Shown here: piece by piece, positions 38,088-46,987 of the stretch
Layout: every line of letters begins with the position of its first letter
How positions within the stretch are numbered: position 1 is the stretch's first letter
Virus record (IMG/VR): IMGVR_UViG_3300042469_000981
From: a virus
DNA: 64,000 bases
Reading direction: 5' to 3' (one strand)
The notes under the pieces: model-generated
Database searches by the model: none
What the model was told of the DNA's origin: nothing
Seen by the model: the letters and a program-made list of their open reading frames with translations, nothing else
Translations under genes and position numbers: made by a program

Positions 38088-39015
38088 ATAAATTTATTAA
38101 TTCAGCAGAACGATTTAACCAGGACAATTTTTCAGCGGTTTGTAAAGATAATTTCCTGTAGTCATTATATTCATTTATGATTGTATCTAACCCACGTAAC
38201 ATTTCTTGTAAATCACGAGGTGATCTCCATAACCCATGGAATGTAGTTTCTTCTTCAATCCATCCAAGTATAGGTAAACCACAAGCTGCTGCCTCTAATA
38301 TAGTTAAATTAGGATGACCTGCTTCTAATTCTGATGGGTGTAAAAAGATTGTATGTGAGTTATAAAGTTGTCTTAATTGTTCATTAGACGGCTCAGTTAA
38401 AATACTTAACTTAGGATAACCAAATATCCAAGGATTGTCATTAAACCAATTTTCATTATTTTTTGGACCAGCTATTGTGATAGGTAAATTAGAAGCCATA
38501 GCTACTTTAATACCTAATTCAAATCCTTTTCTATCATAAGAACCATATCCACCTAAACCATTATTTGCTAACATTAATAAACTATGATAAACAGGTGTTG
38601 TATCATTTGGTTTAAATGTATCTGTATTTACTCCATGAGAAAAATAATGCACATTAGGCAATTCAAAATAATCAACTAAATAACGAGCAGGTACTAAAGA
38701 AAAAATAGATTTTTCCATAGCCTTTCGATTTTGTTTATAAACATCTGAGTCTTTACCGTAATGGTAAGCATGGTGGTCATGATGCTGGAAGATATAAGGT
38801 ATGCCTTTGTCTGCTAATTCTAGGGCTAAGTTAGCAACATGAACCATTACTAAATCATAATCTCCTTTTTTAATTTCATTAGCCCATTTTATATCTACTT
38901 CATGACCTAATTCTTTTAAATTGCATGTAAATTCCCATACAATTTTTTCTATTGCTCCCCATGTGGGTGGAGGAATTGGTATTCCACATCCTGGATTTAC
39001 TTGGCAGATTTTCAT
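38068..39015 (-). CDS. GT-B (family 4-like) glycosyltransferase
   Basis: IPP..WGAIE, HGVNT..FKP, RKG, PSELEAGHPNLTILEAAACGLP. Confidence 0.88.
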   Translation of the reverse strand: MKICQVNPGCGIPIPPPTWGAIEKIVWEFTCNLKELGHEVDIKWANEIKKGDYDLVMVHVANLALELADKGIPYIFQHHDHHAYHYGKDSDVYKQNRKAMEKSIFSLVPARYLVDYFELPNVHYFSHGVNTDTFKPNDTTPVYHSLLMLANNGLGGYGSYDRKGFELGIKVAMASNLPITIAGPKNNENWFNDNPWIFGYPKLSILTEPSNEQLRQLYNSHTIFLHPSELEAGHPNLTILEAAACGLPILGWIEEETTFHGLWRSPRDLQEMLRGLDTIINEYNDYRKLSLQTAEKLSWLNRSAELINLYERHIG

Positions 39016-39017
39016 TT

Positions 39018-39626
39018 TTAATTATGTACAAATAAACACTTATCTATAAAATATGGAATTAACTCATGTTTCATATTTTCTACTAATATTCCATCAGCTG
39101 CTGCTTCATGTTTATCTATTGAATATTTTTTTATAACTTCACTTTTTGTAGTAAATTGACCAAAATCAATATAACTATGTTGGATTTTAGGAATAAAATG
39201 TCCATAATCTTTTTTATTATGACTATGAATATTACTATATTTTCCTAAAATCATTTCCCAATATACAAAATTTACTTCAGGATTCCTAGTAATTGCTAGA
39301 TTAATTTCTTCAAGCAAAATAGGCATAAAGTAATTATCATCATTAGTATGGATAATCCAATCACCGGTTGCTAATTGGGTACCTACTTCTCTGCTATGAT
39401 GACCCCAATGGCCGTGTCTTATTTCTGTATTTGTATATTTAAATCTAGGATCTTTAAGATAATCTTCTAATTGATTTTTATGATTATTATTAAAACCATC
39501 ATGCACTAAAATAACTTCCCAATTACTATAAGTTTGACAAACAATACTTTGAAGATTACATTTAAGCAAGTGTGTTTGTTCCCAACATGGAATAATAAAA
39601 CTAAATTTTGTTTTTTCTATTTTCAT
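39018..39626 (-). CDS. GT-A (family 2-like) glycosyltransferase
   Basis: FSFIIPCW...WEVILVHDG...GH..R..G...ATGDWIIHTNDDNY. Confidence 0.85.
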   Translation of the reverse strand: MKIEKTKFSFIIPCWEQTHLLKCNLQSIVCQTYSNWEVILVHDGFNNNHKNQLEDYLKDPRFKYTNTEIRHGHWGHHSREVGTQLATGDWIIHTNDDNYFMPILLEEINLAITRNPEVNFVYWEMILGKYSNIHSHNKKDYGHFIPKIQHSYIDFGQFTTKSEVIKKYSIDKHEAAADGILVENMKHELIPYFIDKCLFVHN

Positions 39627-39628
39627 AG

Positions 39629-41620
39629 TTAATATAAAGTTAAGACTCCGTTTTTAGGTAATTGATTTTCAATATAATATTCATCAACTATTATTTTTTT
39701 ATTTTCTATTTGAGTTTGATCATGTATATCATAAGATGAATAAACTATAATGTATGTTTTTTTAGGATCAAACATAACTTGTCTAAACCAAGCTATTTTA
39801 TGTAAAACATTTACTGTTTCTTCAAAAAGCATATTCTCATCTTCGTAAACTGTAATGTTAATATTTCTACTATCAGTTGAATTAGCGATATTTAAAAACA
39901 CGGCAAATTGGTCTGGATGTTCTTTAATAGGTAGTACTGAAAAATATTCTACTCGGGAGTAATCTTTATGGGTAAAATTATCTTTTACTAATTTAGTAAA
40001 TTCAGATTCTTCTTCCCAATATATTTTATCAGCATCTTGATTAAAAGTATGGTATGTTAAATTTTCTAATCCGTTAGATTCACTACCCCATTTTACCATT
40101 AATGAATCATATTCTTTAGATGTTTTAATAGGTAAAAAATGATCTAAATAAAATTGAGGTTTAGTAGCTAAAAAATAAGTAATAACTGTATTGCCTTCTA
40201 GTTCTTTTCTTAAACCAACATATGCTTGTTTATTATTTAATATTAAAGATACATTGTCGATATAAGAAGCATTTTCTAAAATATAATCATAATTTAAAAA
40301 GAATATTTTTTTAATACCTAAACTATTAGCTAATGAAGCTGCATTGTAATAATTAGTATACACAGATGGTCCATGATAAACATCATTGTTTTCTCCAGAT
40401 AACATCAAATCTACTCTCCAACTACTATAATCAAACCAAGTATAACTATAGAATGTATGTTTAGTTAAAAGATTATTATTATCATAGATACAATAATCAA
40501 CTATTTCTTGCAGTTCTTTAGGAATTGGTAAGTGTGATGTTAATATAATTTTTCTACCTGTTTTCTTTAAAGACTCAATACATTCTTTAGTTGTTTCAAC
40601 TATAGAGTTTAAAATTGGGTAGGTTGAAACTACTATTGCTTCTTCTTCAGTTTTAGGTAAATTAGAATAATATAAAGTAGATTCAATTAAACTTAAATTA
40701 TAACTAAAATCAGTAAAGTCTAAGTAATTTACATTATAATCATCCCAATAATTAAGATATACAGGTAGGTTATATATTAAAACAGGTATTTGATATGAAA
40801 CTGCTTCTCTAATTACTAGAGGCATTGTTTCTTTATCATTGTTTGTGCCCCTGGATGTAAATAGGAATAGATCCATTGCTTGATAAAAAGCATCTACATC
40901 TGTTCTTTCATTCCACCAAGTTAAATTATTGGGTTTGTTTTTCATTAACGGTTCCCAATAATGTCTAAAGTTGTCGGCTTGATTACCTACACAATGGAAC
41001 TCATATTGAGGTAACGCTTTAGCATATTCAAAAAACTCAGCTTGGTTTTTACGGGGAGTAAATAATCCAATATGAAGAATATGTTTTTTATTAGGATCTA
41101 ATCCTAATTTTTGTAGTGCCCCTGTTCTATCCGGTCTTTCAATATATTCAATAGGATATTCAACTAATACTTTAGGAATGTCTATATCTTTATATTGATT
41201 AATCTGCCATTGTGATACAAACATAAACTTATCCGGGAAAAATTTCTTCTGAGTTGTGTCATAAGATGAGTCATGAGATGTTTCTACAATTTTATACTTT
41301 CTGTCTTGAGTATAAATTTGCTCAGCTATCTTACTATCCATAAAAAACTCAGGTATTTCCTCTAAATGAATAATATCGGGTTGGATATTATTAATAATAT
41401 TGATTAATTGCTGTTTATTATCGTCTAATGTGTAGAACTTTTCAGGGGCAACTAACTGCGTTATCTTATTGCGAGTCACTACTAATATACCACCAGTACA
41501 ATCAACCCATTCAACTAAATAAATATCATAACTATTTTTTAATAGTTCAATTTTTTTAGCTAAATATTGAGGTAATCCTCCTGTCGATAAATGAGGCGCT
41601 ACATATAGTAGTTTCTCCAT
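39629..41620 (-). CDS. GT-B (family 4-like) glycosyltransferase fused to an additional C-terminal domain
   Basis: APHLSTGG.PQY, GLFTPRKNQ, DLFLFTSR...E.MPLVIREA. The second half (IVVSTYP...IILTSHLP...LNYDY) may be a further GT-A-like domain. Confidence 0.82.
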   Translation of the reverse strand: MEKLLYVAPHLSTGGLPQYLAKKIELLKNSYDIYLVEWVDCTGGILVVTRNKITQLVAPEKFYTLDDNKQQLINIINNIQPDIIHLEEIPEFFMDSKIAEQIYTQDRKYKIVETSHDSSYDTTQKKFFPDKFMFVSQWQINQYKDIDIPKVLVEYPIEYIERPDRTGALQKLGLDPNKKHILHIGLFTPRKNQAEFFEYAKALPQYEFHCVGNQADNFRHYWEPLMKNKPNNLTWWNERTDVDAFYQAMDLFLFTSRGTNNDKETMPLVIREAVSYQIPVLIYNLPVYLNYWDDYNVNYLDFTDFSYNLSLIESTLYYSNLPKTEEEAIVVSTYPILNSIVETTKECIESLKKTGRKIILTSHLPIPKELQEIVDYCIYDNNNLLTKHTFYSYTWFDYSSWRVDLMLSGENNDVYHGPSVYTNYYNAASLANSLGIKKIFFLNYDYILENASYIDNVSLILNNKQAYVGLRKELEGNTVITYFLATKPQFYLDHFLPIKTSKEYDSLMVKWGSESNGLENLTYHTFNQDADKIYWEEESEFTKLVKDNFTHKDYSRVEYFSVLPIKEHPDQFAVFLNIANSTDSRNINITVYEDENMLFEETVNVLHKIAWFRQVMFDPKKTYIIVYSSYDIHDQTQIENKKIIVDEYYIENQLPKNGVLTLY

Positions 41621-41638
41621 AACCTTTGTTAAATAAAA

Positions 41639-41917
41639 TTAGAATGAAGCTACTTTGGTATTTTCAACTTCAGTAGGGATAAATTCACCACTTTCAATGT
41701 TGATAGTACCAGCACCATACTTGTCAGAAAGAGTTTTACCCATTTCAGATTCTTCTTCTTTTAAATCATTAAAGAATTTAACAAGTTCAGTTTCTCTAGC
41801 TTCAAGTTGCAATTTAGCAATTCTAAGATTACCAAATTCATTTACAAGAGCAGTGTTTTTTTGTTGGATTTCTTTAAGAGCGTCAATCTCTTTTTTAGTT
41901 AATTTTTTTGTAGCCAT
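41639..41917 (-). CDS. Small coiled-coil protein, paralogue of 20271..20522
   Basis: KKLTKKEI...FGNL...LSDKYGAGTINIESGEF. Confidence 0.75.
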   Translation of the reverse strand: MATKKLTKKEIDALKEIQQKNTALVNEFGNLRIAKLQLEARETELVKFFNDLKEEESEMGKTLSDKYGAGTINIESGEFIPTEVENTKVASF

Positions 41918-41948
41918 AAATTTATTTTAATAACAGTTTATATCAATA

Positions 41949-41978
41949 AATATATGAAAAATAATTTAAATATCCAAA
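41949..41978 (-). promoter_or_regulatory. Bipartite promoter TTTGG-N19-TATATT at the head of the glycosylation cluster
   Basis: Minus strand TTTGG atatttaaattatttttca TATATT. Confidence 0.65.
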
Positions 41979-41983
41979 CTATC

Positions 41984-44900
41984 TTAGAAAACACCAGTAA
42001 TTATTCCTCCTACAACATTTATGTTTTGAGTTCCTGGAGGGTTCATTGGGATGTTTATAACTCCAGTATATCCAGGAGCTGCTCCTATAGAATATCCAGT
42101 TGAAGCATTAATTTGACCAGAAACATCTAGAGGATATCCGGGAGATGCTGTACCAATTCCTAATCTACTATTTGTAACATCAGCATATAGGAAAGATACA
42201 CTTTGTATTTGAGTTGTACTTGTAGTTCTAACTAGATAATCAGGTTGATTAGTAAACGTACCACCACTAATACCAGAAGTACCATTAAATGATAAACCTG
42301 AAGTACCAGCTGAACCGCTTGTACCTGAAGTACCGCTTACTGCAGATAAACCAGCAGCCCCTGCTATACCTGAAGTACCAGAGCTACCGGATGTGCCTGA
42401 TGTGCCTGAAGTTTGAGACGCTCCTGAAGCTCCTGCCGCTCCAGAAGTACCATTTGATCCATTCGTACCTGAAGTTCCTGAAGTGTTAGAAGATCCTGAG
42501 GCTCCTGCTGTTCCGTTTGAACCTGCTGAACCTGAAGTGCCAGAAGTATTTGATAAACCACTTGCTCCTGCTAGTCCTGAAGTACCACTTGAGCCTGAAG
42601 AACCACTTGAGCCTGAAGTACCAGAAGTGTTTGAGGATCCAGAAGGACCGGCTGTACCATTTGATCCTGTTGAACCACTAGAACCAGCAGTACCTGATGT
42701 GTTTGAAGATCCTGAAGGGCCAGCGGTTCCATTAGAACCTGTTGAACCTGAAGAACCACTAGTTCCTGATGTACTTGATACACCTGAACCACCATCTACT
42801 CCTGATGTACCTGTACTTCCAGACGAACCACTTGAGCCAGATGTTCCTGAAGTATTAGATGAACCTGAAGGGCCTGCGGTTCCATTTGAACCTGTAGATC
42901 CGCTTGAACCTGAAGTGCCAGAAGTGTTAGATGAACCTGATGGACCTGCTGTACCATTTGATCCTGTTGATCCAGAAGAACCAGATGTTCCTGATGAACT
43001 TGAAGAACCAGAAGCGCCTGCTGTACCGTTAGATCCTGATGAACCTGAAGTACCAGAAGTGGCACTTACTGCTGAAAGACCAGCAGCACCTGCTATACCA
43101 GAAGTACCTGAAGAACCGGATGTACCACTTGTTCCTGAGGTTGTTGAACTTCCAGAGGCACCTGCTGTTCCATTAGAACCAGTTGAGCCAGAAGTTCCAG
43201 AAGTATTAGAAGAGCCTGAAGCTCCAGCCGTTCCATTAGAACCAGTAGAACCACTAGTACCTGATGTGTTAGATAAACCTGAGTTCCCTGCTGTACCACT
43301 TGAGCCTGTAGAACCACTAGTTCCAGAAGTGCCGGAAGTATTGGAGGATCCAGATGGACCTGCTGTACCATTAGAACCGGTTGATCCTGAAGTACCGCTT
43401 GTACCTGAAGTAGATGATGCTCCTGAATTACCTGCTGCACCTGATGATCCATTTGAACCAGCTGAACCTGAAGTTCCAGATGTATTAGATATACCACTAG
43501 CTCCTGCTAATCCGGATGTTCCGCTTGAACCAGATGATCCACTAGAACCTGAAGTGCCAGAAGTGTTAGATGAACCTGATGGACCTGCTGTACCATTTGA
43601 TCCTGTTGATCCAGAAGAACCAGATGTTCCTGATGTATTAGAAGATCCAGAAGGACCTGCAGTTCCATTAGAACCTGTTGATCCACTTGAACCTGAAGTA
43701 CCGGAAGTAAAGGATGTACCTGAAGGGCCTGCTGTTCCATTTGAACCTGTTGACCCTGATGATCCACTAGTACCAGAAGTACTTGAAACGCCTGAACCTC
43801 CATCAACACCAGAAGTACCTGTTGAACCAGAAGATCCAGAAGAACCAGATGAGCCGCTTGTTTGTGATGCTCCACTAGCTCCTGCACTACCATTTGATCC
43901 TGTAGAACCAGAAGTACCAGAAGTGCCTGAAGAATTTGATTGCCCTGAATTACCTGCTGTACCTGAACTCCCTGTTGAACCAGATGATCCGCTTGAACCT
44001 GAAGTAAAAGATTCTCCAGATGCTCCTGCGTTTCCTGAAGTACCATTTGATCCTGAAGAACCGCTTGATCCTGAAGTACCAGAAGTGCCTGAAGAAGAAG
44101 ATGATCCAGAAGCACCAGCAGTACCATTAGAACCTGAACTTCCTGAGGTACCAGAAGTAGCACTTACTGCTGAAAGACCAGCAGCGCCTGCTATACCTGA
44201 AGTACCAGATGAACCGCTTGTTCCTGAAGTACCTGAAGTATTGCTACTACCTGATACTCCTGCACTACCATTTGATCCTGTTGATCCTGAAGTTCCTGAG
44301 GTACCTGAAGTGTTGCCTGTGCCTGAAGCACCTGCTGAACCATTTGATCCAGCTGAACCAGATGTACCTGAAGTTCCACTAGTACCTGAAGAACCACTAT
44401 TTTGTGATAAACCTGAAGTACCTGTTGATCCAGAAGAACCAGAAGTACCTGAGGTTGAACTTTGTCCTGAATTACCTGCCACTCCAGAAGAACCATTTGA
44501 TCCACTTGAACCTGATGTTCCAGAACTAGCTGATTGTCCTGATGATCCATCAACACCTGATGAACCACTTGAACCTGATGAACCACTTGATCCAGAAGTA
44601 CTAGACACTCCTGAAGAACCATTTGATCCTGATGATCCAGATGAACCACTAGATCCACTTGTACCAGAAGTAGAAGAACTTCCTGAGGCACCGGCTGAAC
44701 CATTTGATCCAGCTGAACCACTAGTACCTGATGTATTTGATATACCACTAGCTCCTGCTAATCCTGATGTACCAGAAGAGCCAGAGCTACCTGACGATCC
44801 AGAAGATCCGCTTGAACCAGATGTCCCAGATGTGTTACTTTGTCCTGAAGAACCATTTGACCCTGATGAACCACTTGTTCCTGATGTACCACTAGAACTA

Positions 44901-46939
44901 CTTTCTCCTGAAGAACCATTTGACCCTGATGAACCAGAAGTACCACTAGTACCAGAAGTTCCAGCACTTCCACTTGCCTGAGAAAGACCTGAGGTACCTG
45001 TTGATCCAGAACTACCTGAAGTTCCAGAAGTTGAAGATTGTCCACTATTACCCGCTGCTCCAGAAGAACCATTTGATCCACTAGATCCAGATGTACCTGA
45101 AGTACCGCTTGTACCAGAAGAATTAGATTGTCCACTACTACCTGCTAATCCAGAAGAACCGTTTGATCCAGAGGAACCACTAGTGCCTGAAGTTGAAGAT
45201 TGACCTGATGATCCATCTAACCCGCTTGAACCAGATGAACCGCTTGAGCCAGAAGATCCGCTTGTTCCACTAGTACCTGATGATTGAGATAGACCAGAAG
45301 TACCAGTTGATCCACTTGAACCTGAAGTACCAGAAGTACTTGATTGACCACTATTGCCTGCTACTCCAGATGAACCATTTGATCCAGAACTACCTGAAGT
45401 ACCTGAAGTTGAGGATTGACCTGATGAACCATCTGCTCCTGTTGAACCTGAAGATCCAGAAGAGCCACTGGTTCCTGAAGTTGAAGATTGTCCTGATGAG
45501 CCATTAATACCTGAAGAACCATTTGATCCACTAGATCCAGATGAGCCGCTTGAACCTGATGTTCCACTTGTTGAAGATATTCCTGAGCCTCCATCAACAC
45601 CAGAAGTACCTGAGCTGCCTGAGCTGCCTGAACTACCGCTTGTACCTGATGTACCGCTTGTTTGAGATAAACCATCAGTTCCGGCTGAACCATTTGAACC
45701 TGAAGAACCACTAGTTCCACTAGTACCAGAAGATTGTGATAGACCAGAAGTACCTGTACTACCGCTTGATCCAGAAGTACCTGATGTGCTTGATTGGCCG
45801 CTATTTCCAGCTACACCTGAAGATCCATTTGAACCTGAACTGCCTGAGGTACCAGAGGTAGATGATTGTCCTGATGAGCCATCTAATCCACTTGAACCTG
45901 AAGATCCAGATGAACCACTGGTTCCACTTGAACCTGATATTCCTGATGATCCATCTACTCCGCTTGAACCAGATGAGCCATTTGAGCCTGAAGAACCACT
46001 AGTTCCACTAGTGCCTGATGATTGAGATAAACCTGAAGTGCCTGTTGATCCACTTGATCCAGAAGTACCAGAAGTAGAAGATTGACCTGAGTTACCTGCT
46101 AAACCTGAGGAACCGCTTGAACCTGAACTACCTGATGAACCTGACGTTCCAGAAGAACCATCTTGTCCACTAGAACCAGATGAACCACTTGAGCCAGAAG
46201 ATCCTGAACTACCTGATGATCCACTTGTACCACTACTGCCATCATTACCACTTGAACCAGCAGAACCACTAGATCCAGAAGATCCACTTGTACCACTGAT
46301 TCCTGAAGATTGTGATAGACCAGAAGTACCAGTTGATCCACTTGAACCTGAAGTTCCTGAAGTAGATGATTGTCCACTATTACCTCCTGCTCCTGAAGAA
46401 CCATTTGATCCTGATGAACCAGAAGTTCCACTAGTACCTGAACTTCCTGAAGAACCACTTGAGCCGGATGTACCACTAGTTCCTCCACTTGTTCCTGAAG
46501 AACCTTCTACACCACTAGTTCCTGATGAACCTGTTGAGCCTGATGATCCACTTGTGCCTGCTGTTCCACTTGTACCTGAAGAGCCAGATATTCCTGAGGT
46601 ACCAGATGAACCTCCTGAAGTACCTGAACTTCCGCTTACACCAGAAGTACCATTTGACCCTGATAAACCACTTGAACCTGCTAATCCAGAAGAACCATTT
46701 GATCCAGATGTACCTGAAGTACCTGAGGTGCCTGATGTGCCTGCTGTTCCACTTCCGCCTCCGCCTCCTTGAACTAAAGATACAACACCATCATCGTTTA
46801 TAGTTAAAACGTAACCTTCCCAACCTTCAGTTACAATAGGTAAATTAAATTTATTAAAAGCTAATGACCTATCAAAAAAACCTCTACCTTGGTTTGGGTT
46901 GTCTAAACGATTATTACCTCTGTATCTGTTTTCGGCCAT
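41984..46939 (-). CDS. Giant Gly-Ser/Thr repeat fibre protein (1651 aa, about 1500 aa in Gly-X-Y register)
   Basis: Unique N-terminus of about 60 aa, a long GTS/GSS/GSN tract, and a C-terminal RLGIGTASP fibre module. Confidence 0.85.
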   Translation of the reverse strand: MAENRYRGNNRLDNPNQGRGFFDRSLAFNKFNLPIVTEGWEGYVLTINDDGVVSLVQGGGGGSGTAGTSGTSGTSGTSGSNGSSGLAGSSGLSGSNGTSGVSGSSGTSGGSSGTSGISGSSGTSGTAGTSGSSGSTGSSGTSGVEGSSGTSGGTSGTSGSSGSSGSSGTSGTSGSSGSNGSSGAGGNSGQSSTSGTSGSSGSTGTSGLSQSSGISGTSGSSGSSGSAGSSGNDGSSGTSGSSGSSGSSGSSGSSGSSGQDGSSGTSGSSGSSGSSGSSGLAGNSGQSSTSGTSGSSGSTGTSGLSQSSGTSGTSGSSGSNGSSGSSGVDGSSGISGSSGTSGSSGSSGSSGLDGSSGQSSTSGTSGSSGSNGSSGVAGNSGQSSTSGTSGSSGSTGTSGLSQSSGTSGTSGSSGSNGSAGTDGLSQTSGTSGTSGSSGSSGSSGTSGVDGGSGISSTSGTSGSSGSSGSSGSNGSSGINGSSGQSSTSGTSGSSGSSGSTGADGSSGQSSTSGTSGSSGSNGSSGVAGNSGQSSTSGTSGSSGSTGTSGLSQSSGTSGTSGSSGSSGSSGSSGLDGSSGQSSTSGTSGSSGSNGSSGLAGSSGQSNSSGTSGTSGTSGSSGSNGSSGAAGNSGQSSTSGTSGSSGSTGTSGLSQASGSAGTSGTSGTSGSSGSNGSSGESSSSGTSGTSGSSGSNGSSGQSNTSGTSGSSGSSGSSGSSGSSGTSGLAGASGISNTSGTSGSAGSNGSAGASGSSSTSGTSGSSGSSGSSGSNGSSGVSSTSGSSGSSGSSGSSGVDGSSGQSASSGTSGSSGSNGSSGVAGNSGQSSTSGTSGSSGSTGTSGLSQNSGSSGTSGTSGTSGSAGSNGSAGASGTGNTSGTSGTSGSTGSNGSAGVSGSSNTSGTSGTSGSSGTSGIAGAAGLSAVSATSGTSGSSGSNGTAGASGSSSSSGTSGTSGSSGSSGSNGTSGNAGASGESFTSGSSGSSGSTGSSGTAGNSGQSNSSGTSGTSGSTGSNGSAGASGASQTSGSSGSSGSSGSTGTSGVDGGSGVSSTSGTSGSSGSTGSNGTAGPSGTSFTSGTSGSSGSTGSNGTAGPSGSSNTSGTSGSSGSTGSNGTAGPSGSSNTSGTSGSSGSSGSSGTSGLAGASGISNTSGTSGSAGSNGSSGAAGNSGASSTSGTSGTSGSTGSNGTAGPSGSSNTSGTSGTSGSTGSSGTAGNSGLSNTSGTSGSTGSNGTAGASGSSNTSGTSGSTGSNGTAGASGSSTTSGTSGTSGSSGTSGIAGAAGLSAVSATSGTSGSSGSNGTAGASGSSSSSGTSGSSGSTGSNGTAGPSGSSNTSGTSGSSGSTGSNGTAGPSGSSNTSGTSGSSGSSGSTGTSGVDGGSGVSSTSGTSGSSGSTGSNGTAGPSGSSNTSGTAGSSGSTGSNGTAGPSGSSNTSGTSGSSGSSGSSGTSGLAGASGLSNTSGTSGSAGSNGTAGASGSSNTSGTSGTNGSNGTSGAAGASGASQTSGTSGTSGSSGTSGIAGAAGLSAVSGTSGTSGSAGTSGLSFNGTSGISGGTFTNQPDYLVRTTSTTQIQSVSFLYADVTNSRLGIGTASPGYPLDVSGQINASTGYSIGAAPGYTGVINIPMNPPGTQNINVVGGIITGVF
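42906..43635. repeat. Exact 91-bp direct repeat (42906-42996 and 43545-43635) inside the giant Gly-Ser gene
   Basis: Identical gaacctgaagtgccagaagtg...ccagatgttcctgatg copies 639 nt (213 codons) apart. Confidence 0.85.
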
Positions 46940-46987
46940 TCCTGTGTTTACGTATAAATATTAAAACTCTAGAGTTAATTTTTAACT

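Noticed and set aside
42483-44981. 832-aa plus-strand Pro/Glu/Val ORF (also 57451..58545, 58774..59793 and many short Q/V/L-rich ORFs in these regions)
   Set aside because: Shadow frames. The antisense of Gly/Ser/Thr/Ala codons in this offset always yields CCN/GAN/CTN/GTN/GCN codons and cannot contain a stop. There is no independent evidence of expression.
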